Shown here piece by piece: positions 54,561 through 64,000 of a stretch of DNA of 64,000 nt (position 1 is the stretch's first letter; the number at the start of each line of letters is the position of its first letter). The DNA is taken from positions 65,720,001 to 65,784,000 of the forward strand of contig OX597825.1 in the NCBI GenBank assembly GCA_951406725.2, given 5' to 3'. The position numbers were made by a program, and so were the translations under genes. The stretch comes from Octopus vulgaris. Taxonomy: Eukaryota. The notes below the pieces were generated by a model. It searched no databases, was not told the DNA's origin, and worked only from the letters and a program-made list of their open reading frames with translations.

Positions 54561-55267
54561 TGTTCGGTCCTAGATCAGTCCTAGATCAGCCTTGATCGAG
54601 CATGCAGATTTGAGCCTATGTATCACTTAGTGAAGATGGCAAGTTGTGATTTGAACTTTCGATTACTATTTCTATGTGGAACAACTGTGCAAAAACTTAC
54701 CCTTCTCGTGGGCCCTTTCTCCCCCACCCCATATATAAATCAGTTATCTCCTCGCGTTTTTCTCCCGGAAGCTCATTTCAAATGAAAACACAAACACTGA
54801 AAACAAATCTTTAACTTACGGATTACAGACTGTACAGCAACTTTGGGTAAGCATTTCTCTTATAGAGTGGATTATATATCTCACGAATATTTGCTGTTTG
54901 CACATCAAGAACTATTCAAAGTAACATCTGAACCGTCTTTTAATAGGGTCAATGATACATTTTTAAGCATTTTAGTTTGGCGTGTTTCATGTAAATGAGT
55001 CAACTAATTCATATATCGGCACCGTTACTTGTCTTGGATTTAAATTCGATAATGAAACCAGTTTTAAGAGGCGAACTTTTATTCCCTGCAATGCAATGAA
55101 ACGATGGAAATTACATCTAAAATACAATAAACCAGTCAAACTTTTATGTAAAGATTTTGTGGCTGAGTGCGTAAAAAAGTTTGCTTCCTTCCCAACCAAA
55201 TAGTTTTGGGTTCAGTCCCCTTGCGTAGCAGCTTGGGCAAGTGATTTTATTATAGTCCCAAGCCGAC

Positions 55268-56165
55268 AGAAACGTTAGCACACCGGGCGAAATGCTTAGC
55301 GTTATTTTGTCTGCCGCTATATTCTGAGTTCAAATTCCGCCGAGGTCGACTTTGCCTTTCATCCTTTCGGGGTCGATAAATTAAGTACCAGTTACGTACT
55401 GGGGTCGATGTAATCGACTTAATCCCTTTGTCTGTCCTTGTTTGTCCTAAGTGTATTTAGCCCCTTGTGGGTAGTAAAGAAATAGGTATTTCGTCTGCCG
55501 TTACGTTCTGAGCTCAAATTCCGCCGAGGTCGACTTTGCCTTTCATCCTTTCGGGGTCGATAAATTAAGTACCAGTTACGCACTGGGGTCGATGTAATCG
55601 ACTTAATCCCTTTGTCTGTCCTTGTTTGTCCTCTCTGTGTTTAGCCCCTTGTGGGTAGTAAAGAAATAGGTATTTCGTCTGCCATTACGTTCTGAGCTCA
55701 AATTCCGCCGAGGTCGAATTTGCTTTTCATCCTTTCGGGGTCGATAAATTAAGTACCGGTTACGCACTGGGGTCGATGTAATCGACTTAATCCGTTTGTA
55801 TGTCCTTGTTTGGCCCCTCTGTGTTTAGCTCCTTGTGGGTAGTAAAGAAATAGAAATAGGTATTTCGTCTGCCGTTACGTTCTGAGTTCAAATTCCGCCG
55901 AGGTCGACTTTGCCTTTCATCCTTTCTGGGTCGATAAATTAAGTACCAGTTACGCACTGGGGTTGATGTAATCGATTTAATCCGTTTGTCTGTCCTTGTT
56001 TGTCCCCTCTGTGTTTAGTCCCTTGTGGGTAGTAAAGAAATAGATACTTCATCTGCCGCTACTACTTTGCATTTCATTCTTTCGGGGTCTATAAAATAAT
56101 TACCAGTCGAGCACTGGAGTCAATGTAATTGACTTAGCCGTTTCCCCGAAATTATTGGCCTTGTG
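55268..56165 (+). mobile_element. Tandem array of four A1 SINE units (~184-bp period) ending in an A2 tail
   Basis: Junction AAGAAATAG|GTATTTCGTCTGCC at 55486, 55670 and 55860, with a degenerate one at ~56044. Confidence 0.92.
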
Positions 56166-57063
56166 ATACCAATATGGGTTTGGGATGTTTGGAGATGACA
56201 ACCTTTTATCGGTTGTGCCTTATGTGGAAAATCTAATATTTAAAAAAATAAATAGGAGAACTATGCAGATAGAGAACTCCTGTAGATATAGAAAAAATTG
56301 ATAAAAATGTTACAATAAAAGATAATTCCGAATTTGTATCAGAATTATTGAGAAAATGTATAAAATCTTTTCCAACGTAGCATATGCTTAATGGTTGAAC
56401 AAATTCTAACATTTGTCTGTTAATATATTATATAGCTCACTGCGTAACATATATCATTGAATATAAGTATATATTACCTCAAAGCGTTTTATGTTCCTGC
56501 TTTGAAATCCATAATATAATGATAATGAGATATGAAGAAATTCTTCAATGGAGGATTTCTTCAGGCATGCTGTTCCGTTTCCTTAATAATTAGTGTTGGC
56601 CCAAAACCAGAAATACCAACCCGAAATACGTAACCCAGTAATTGGATCTTGGCACTTCAAACTTTCTAAGATTTAATTCTGGATCATTAATACAAGAGAA
56701 AGTCAATTTTATTGACGAATTTAAGCAGTTTAGGAGTTTTACAATAGACTGCTGCAATAGCTTGCTATGTAATGTGTAAAATTTCTCAATTAGTTTTATG
56801 GGAAATTTTATACAAACTACGAGATGAACAACTACTGATATTTTATATCTTTCGGCCACTGAATTATATTTGCCTCCAGTCAACATAGTTAGCAACTGAT
56901 ACGTAGTTTAAATCTCTAAAATTTTATTTCAGATAATAAAATAGATTCTGTTACACGGTCTACCTTTTGATTAGTCCATCATATACAATCCTTTTGATTC
57001 TATTTAAAAAGAGAATTTCCAGCGTAGAAGCAAGTTACTAAATACAAATCATATCATATTTAC

Positions 57064-57358
57064 CCTTCAAATAAACCAGTTGATTAAATCCACCAGCCAG
57101 TCAGATCGTCTGCAGTCCTTCAAATACACTCGTTGATTAAATCTATTAACCAGTTACAGCGTTCCTTCTGCCTCAAATACAGTCTTTGATTAAATCTATT
57201 CACCACTCAGATCTTCTGAAGTCCTTCAAATACAGTAGTTCATTAAATCTACCAAGTTAGATCGTCGGCTCTCCTATAAACACAGTAGTTAATTACATCC
57301 ATTATCCAGTTATGTCCTCTACTAGCCTTCAGATCCACCAATCAGTTAAATCTTCTCT
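57064..57358. repeat. Diverged ~53-bp minisatellite, ~5.5 copies
   Basis: Recurrent CCTTCAAATACAG..GTTGATTAAATCTA...CCAGTTAGAT. Confidence 0.8.
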
Positions 57359-58521
57359 AGTTTATATAATATTATTCAGGTACTGACAACGTTTGTTTTG
57401 CTCTACTTTTATTTACATTGAGTTTTTGAAAGTCTTCTAAGTAGATAAAAAATGGAACACTGAAATCGTCAATATTTTGTGCATTAATATTCATGATCTA
57501 ACCAAAGCGCCATTCCTCTAAAATATCATATGCTCCTGTTCTAAGGAGATTTGGATGCTGCATCTCTGGTGCATGAAGGACAGAAGATACGGCAAGTGAA
57601 AAACGCTGATTATGTTTGAGAGGAGGAAATCTGGAACGAGAAACTAAATCGCGTATTATCAAACACATAACGTGCTGAAAAGTAAACGAAAGGCATTATC
57701 CATCTTCTAAATAATTAATGAAAAATCTTTGCAATCTTTAAAATCTTTACTTTGAGTAAAGTGGTTGCAAAAGAAACTGAAAAGAAAGGAATATTAGAAA
57801 CTTGACCAACAGATGTAGAGATGGTGAATCACAAGGACAAAATTATTCTTATAATTCGTGCATAGGGCCCAACGCTCAAGCTGCTGCCTAACGGGTTGAA
57901 GCTTATTGGAATTAAGATACATATTACTGACCTGTAGAAGTACTATCTTGTAATCTACAAGATTACCAGGATACTTGAAATTTGAGGAGAGGAAACTGAC
58001 GTTGCCATCAAGCTATATGATCACATTTTAGCTAAATAAGCTACCATATAAGAAGGAGAAGGATCGCATCGGTGTTTATCTGGGGTCTTGGCCTCCAGAT
58101 CTGTGAGACCACCAATGCCGCTGTTAGGACCGGATTAACACCCATAATGACCCTAAAGACTAAAAAGATTTTCCTACCCCCATACCACTTGCGACTTAAT
58201 TTTATCTTCGTGTGGTAATGAAAAGTGAAAGTGACATTTGGTGTGGTTATTTATCTTTGATTTAATAATGTGTGTACGTATCTATGTGTCAGCTTTTCTT
58301 TCGATCTATGTATCTACTTTTCTTGCGATATGATAAACATTTAAAAACACAAAACGAACGCCGTCACCACTCACTGTCTTTTCACTCTCTCACTCTCTCT
58401 TTCTTTCTCACTCTCTCCCTTTCTCTCTTACTCTTTTTCTTTCTTTCTCTATCTCTCTCTCTCTTTCTCTCTTACTTCCTCTCTGTCCTCCCCTCTCTCA
58501 CTTTGCCACTCACTTCTTCAG

Positions 58522-58548
58522 TTGAAGTAAGTGTGATACACACCACAG
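58522..58548 (+). CDS. Candidate 27-nt microexon (xEVSVIHTT in phase 1)
   Basis: ~150-nt polypyrimidine tract, CTCAC branch-like motif, TTCTTCAG acceptor and CAG|GTACGT donor; frame-preserving length. Confidence 0.4.
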
Positions 58549-58607
58549 GTACGTACAAAAATGAACAAGTTGGCATATTAATATTATTGATAATAATAAT
58601 AAAGTGA

Positions 58608-58649
<42 letters not shown>

Positions 58650-58651
<2 letters not shown>

Positions 58652-58865
58652 TAATGGCTTCAAATTTTGACACAAGGCCAGCCATTTCAGGGAGGGATAA
58701 GTCGATTATATCAACCACGGGGATCAACAGCTACTTATTTTATCGACTCCCAGAAGATGAAAGGCAAAGTCGACCTCGGTAGAATTTGAACTCAGAACGT
58801 GAAGACAGACAAAATCCCGCCAAGCATTTTTCCCAGAGTGCTAACGATTTTGCCAGGTCTCCGCC

Positions 58866-58868
<3 letters not shown>
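58650..58868 (-). mobile_element. Family-A2 SINE embedded in (AAT)n
   Basis: Antisense consensus; AAT arrays on both sides. Confidence 0.85.
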
Positions 58869-58940
<72 letters not shown>

Positions 58941-59010
58941 GTAATAATGATGATGATAATAATAATAATAATAATAATAATAATAGTAATAATAATAATA
59001 ATAATAATAA

Positions 59011-59046
<36 letters not shown>

Positions 59047-59069
59047 TGATGATAATAATAATAATAATA

Positions 59070-59131
<62 letters not shown>

Positions 59132-60057
59132 AAGAAGAAGAAGAATGAATGCTAACTTTATCCCAGTTGCTTTCTCCATATCATGCACTTTGTTGTATTT
59201 AGGTATGCATCTATACCGTTGCCGAAATTAAGGGTAGAAACATTAGAACTTACATTTAAATGAAGAATTCTCTAAACTTCTACTACAAAAGGGGAAAAAA
59301 ATCACCGGCATTTCATTTCTATTGCCATTATACACCTTATTTCTGCTGACACATTTTATGCATTCCATAAAGCCGATATTGGCCAATCATAACGAAGGAC
59401 ATCCTTTTTGATTGAGGAAATTCATTTCTTTTGATTACGTAAACAAATACATTCACTCTGTTACGTTCTGCTAAACAAGTAAGAACAAACAAAAATTAAA
59501 AATAGTTTCTTTATATTCTAATGTTACTTCCAATAGTTCTTGAATTTTAGTTATATATTTGTGTTGCTTTCTTGTTATTTTGATTGCAGCTTTTATTACA
59601 CTTTTTTTTTCAGTCAAAATTTCTGGCAGCAGAACTCTTTTCACCAAATTTCACTTGGTCGAAACGAAACGAACTACATCGTGTCTATCGGAATAGTAGA
59701 TGCCAGTTGGCAGGCTAGATTCTAAGAAAGTAGGTTTCCTATTCAAAATAAGACACCATATCAATCTCAAGAGACATTATTCATACAATGTGCATGTCTT
59801 TACCGAAGACACTAATGGAAACGTACTTCCATTCTACGTTCGTGCTACTGAATCTTATGGAAAAGGAATATCAAACAAACTAAATAAATTACAAAAACAA
59901 AAGAACAATAATTCCACTTCAGAAATAGCAGCGCTATTTTTCTCAGTAAAACTATTGAAGCTTCAAGCTGTTTCTTTTTTTTTTTTTCTTCTTCATTTTC
60001 TGTTTCGAGTATTGCTTCTGTTCTATAAATTCTGTTTGCTTGTGAGAGGATATATGC

Positions 60058-60107
<50 letters not shown>

Positions 60108-60159
60108 GTATATGTATGTATGTAGGTAGGTAAATATAAATGTATATATACATATGTGC

Positions 60160-60198
<39 letters not shown>

Positions 60199-60309
60199 CA
60201 TATTTATGCATGTATGTATGTGCTTAGTCATCACTTGCAAGCGAGTATGAACTAGTATCATCTAGCACCACACTTTGACTAATCGTTTATTGGGTATCTA
60301 TATATTGTT

Positions 60310-60532
60310 ATTTTTCTTTACTACCCACAAGGGGCTAAACACAGAGGGGCAAACAAGGACAGACAAAGGGATTGAGTCGATTACATCGACCCCAGTGCGT
60401 AAATGGTACTTTATTTATTGACCCCGAAAGGATGAAAGGCAAAGTCGACCTCGGCGGAATTTGAACTCGGAACGTAACGACAGACGAAATACGGCTACGC
60501 ATTTCGCCCGGCGTGCTAACGTTTCTGCCAGC
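60310..60532 (-). mobile_element. Family-A1 SINE
   Basis: Antisense consensus match. Confidence 0.9.
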
Positions 60533-60609
60533 TGTGAGCAGACAAATGACACCGTCTCTGCCCTTCTTCATTTGACCAGAGGAGCACTGAGGATGTTAGT
60601 AGGATATAG

Positions 60610-60664
<55 letters not shown>

Positions 60665-61554
60665 AGAGGGAGGAGAGAGAGAGAGCTGCGCTAGAAAGTG
60701 GATTGTATTGATTACCGTCTGGGCAAACTGGGCCGACGTAAAATAATGTCTTCTGATGAAGGGTGCGACGTACCATCCATTCCGAAATCGAACTCACAAC
60801 TTTCAAATCGAGAACCACATGTCTTAATAACATGCCTTCAGACGCAAGTACACTTACACACGCACGCGCGCACGCTCACACACATACACACACATTGCAT
60901 AGACTCTTGAGCAAACGTAATTTTCTCTATGCTCAGATTGACCGTTACTTTATAGACTGTTTAAACGCTACCCCTTATTACACACTGTGATGTGCCTGAA
61001 AATTCCTGTATTTTTAAACATATTGAGTTTTCACCTGAAATTTACAGCCAACGATATAAGGTTATCTTATACACCAAGATAAATTTAGAAGATCATAAAT
61101 TCCACGCGATTTGCAGAAGGATTTTGAAAGATAGTGACGATAATTTAATGTTAGCACAACATACATGATTACAGTATATAATTCCTCGACTTGTATACCA
61201 GAAAATTCGGTACATTGAGAGTAAAATTGTTTATGCACTAAATCAACCAATCACACGTTTAGTTGATCGTACAACTAAGTCACCATGGTCCAACGATGAA
61301 AATTCACTGGTTTCGTAACTGTTATATCCCTCTACTTCACTCACTTTCACTCCAGTTCTTCTCCATCCCTTTCACTTCTCTTCATTTCATCCTCTTCACT
61401 CTTGCCCTTTATTACTAGCTTCTCTCCCCCAACTCTACCCTTTCACTCTCCCTCCTCTTCACCATCACTTCTACATTCACATTTCATTCCTTCTTCCTTT
61501 CCTTTCTTTTCTTAACTACCTGTCATTTTCCTGAGCTTTACTTAACTCATGTTC

Positions 61555-61985
61555 CTTTACTCTCTCTCTTTACTCTTTTACTTGTTTCAGTCATTTGACT
61601 GTGGCCATGCTGAAGCACCGCCTTTAATCGAGCAACTCGACCCCGGAACTTATTCTTTTGTAAGCCCAGTACTTATTCTATCGGTCTCTTTTGCCGAACC
61701 GCTAAGTGACGGGGACATAAACACACCAGCATCAGTTGTCAAGCAATGCTATGGGGACAAGCACAGGCACACAAACACACACACGCATACATATATATAT
61801 ATATATATATATACATATATACGACGGGCTTCTTTCAGTTTCCGTCTACTAAATCCACTCACAAGGCTTTGGTCGGCCCGAGGCTATAGTAGAAGACACT
61901 TGCCCAAGGTGCCACGCAGTGGGACTGAACCCGGAACCATGTGGCTGGTAGACAGGCTACTTACCATGCAGCCACTCCTGCGCCT
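61555..61985 (-). mobile_element. Family-B SINE, full length
   Basis: Antisense consensus match. Confidence 0.9.
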
Positions 61986-63522
61986 ATTGTCAATAAAACT
62001 ATAATTTTTACATCTTCACTCGTCTTCATACCATCGTCTCCCATTTATTCCACCCATTTTTATGCCTTTATCTTTACCCACCTTCATTTTACTGATCCTC
62101 ATATTCCCTTCCACACTGGACTACTGCCCCCTTCCATCTACAGCTCTCACCTCTTTATCACGCATTGTCTTCATTTGCCTTCATCCCTTCAACGCGTTAT
62201 TCCCTTTCCTTACTATTCTCTTCCTCCTTAAACAAATTCCCTCTTCATTGCCTCTCATCCCTACATCGCATTCGTTTTCAGTCTACTCACCCTTTTCTTG
62301 ACTCTACCCCACTTTCCCTCTCATTTATTCTTCCTCTTCCTTACACTCATCTCTCTTCCCATCCTTACACTCATCTCTCTTCCCATCCTTCCCTTTCACT
62401 CCTCTTCCCATCCTTCCCTTTCACTCCTCTCCCCATTTTATTTTCCTCTCGCTCACGACCTTTCACATTATGCCCCTATTTATTTAATTTCCTTCAATTT
62501 TCCTCGCTTTGCTCCTGTTAAAATACATTGAGTTAATATATTCTACCAAAATATAGTTACAAGCGCAAACCGAAAGAACCTCATCAGGCCCAATTGAACA
62601 GTATTTTTAAAGACAAATATATTTAATGTCTATATTTCCTCCAACAGCCAGAAAAAAGAAACATAAAATCACTTTCACTACGCTTTTGGCAACTAAGAGA
62701 TGAGTATATCACCAAATTTGAAAGCCAAAGGTCCAAAGTAGAATACACCAAAGCTTATTCTGAAGGGATGGATTCGAGCCAGTAAAAATCTTTGATATTT
62801 ACATATGCCATAAATTTATTAAATTCAAGAAGCGAGATAGTCTCTAAATGTTGCCACTAAATTAAATTTATTTTGAAATTGTTTTCTATATACAATCTGA
62901 TCATCAAGCAATTATCAATAATATTTGCTGATATCTTGTGAAGTTTCTTAAAATTCTTTGTTCCTATGAAAATACCATATCAACATTCTATATCTATAAA
63001 TCGTTTTAACAAAAATATGATAATGTATTTGTTCATAACTCTGTGAAGGGCTATTCTCGTTTACTTTCGTACTCACTTTTTAACATTTATTCTCTTATTC
63101 CATATGACCAGACTGACATATTACTATCTCACGTCTTTTAGTTTCATATTTTCACTTTAACCTTTTGAATTTCGAAAGTTTAATGATTTCTTGTTCCTTA
63201 CATTCGAACACCATTTTCTCTCCCCTTCAAAATTGCCTTATTTTTACTTATAAATTCCTACATGTAAGATGTGTTGAAACACCGGGTACAATTTTTTTTT
63301 TCTTCAGGAACATTGACCCATGAAGTAAATAAAGCTATAAACTACAGCGTATAAATATTGAGTCAAAACCTTTTGGATAAAAAGGATTCGAATTTGCTCG
63401 TGGGATATGAACCCACATCTCCTGCAGTCATGGTAGGTGATCTACCCACATGTAGCATTCGACTTTTTTACTCAACGGGGTTCAAAACACAATATATAAA
63501 CACTATTATTTATATCTTTATT

Positions 63523-64000
63523 AAGGCAGCGAGCTGGCAAAAAGGTTAGCGCGTCAGGCGAAATGCTGAGCGGTATTTCGTCTGCCGTTACGTTCTGAGT
63601 TCAAATTCCGCCGAGGTCGACTTTGCCTTTCATCCTTTCGGGGTCAATAAATTAAGTACCAGTTACGCACTGGGGTCGATATAATCGACTTAATACGTTT
63701 GTCTGTCCTTGTTTGTCTCTTCTATGTTTAGCCCCTTGTGGGTAGTAAAGAAATAGGTATTTCGTCCGCCTTTATGATGAAACAATACTGAGAATGGAGG
63801 GGGATAAAAAACAACAAATATAATAATTATGACGAAACAATTCCGAGAATGGAGGAAGGGGTTAAAAAGCAACAACAAATAATTATTATGACGAAGCAAT
63901 ACTGAGAATTGAGGGTGGATTCGAATTCTGAGTTCGAATTCCGCCAAGGTCGACTTTAGTTTTCATATTTTCGGGGTCGATAAAATAAGTACCAGTTGAG
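63523..64000 (+). mobile_element. A1 SINE followed by a resumed A-family host, split by a ~57-bp x2.5 tandem repeat (63772-63920)
   Basis: Junction AAGAAATAG|GTATTTCGTC at 63757; B box and body resume at ~63927. Confidence 0.85.

Noticed and set aside
55268-56165. CRISPR-like regular repeat
   Set aside because: Units are contiguous SINE copies with no unique spacers, no cas genes, and a eukaryotic context.

Overview
AT-rich eukaryotic DNA packed with microsatellites and short retroelements. The repeat families look like coleoid cephalopod (most likely Octopus) sequence; this is an inference from repeat resemblance. Almost all ORFs in the track are microsatellite or SINE artefacts. Host-gene content is small. 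(i) A probable terminal coding exon at 2919-3022 (+) encodes a GPI-anchor-like C-terminus. It is followed by an apparently ~7.7 kb, SINE-free, CpG-depleted 3' UTR ending near a poly(A) signal at 10694. (ii) A tentative second gene has a short ATG exon at 47994-48018 and a 27-nt microexon at 58522-58548. The rest is mobile DNA: several tRNA-derived SINE families, 3' fragments of their probable partner LINEs (RTE and CR1-like), an RT-less R4/Dong-like element in (TAA)n, mariner relics and MITEs, a non-autonomous Helitron, and Penelope-like remnants. The most unusual signal is a set of short non-coding elements in (TA)n arrays carrying minimal type-I hammerhead ribozyme folds, some with a shared core variant and some with long stem II extensions. 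Also notable are 2x2 head/tail module shuffling among SINEs and a SINE that recurs at one site inside its own relatives. Element boundaries were read by eye and are approximate unless a TSD is given.
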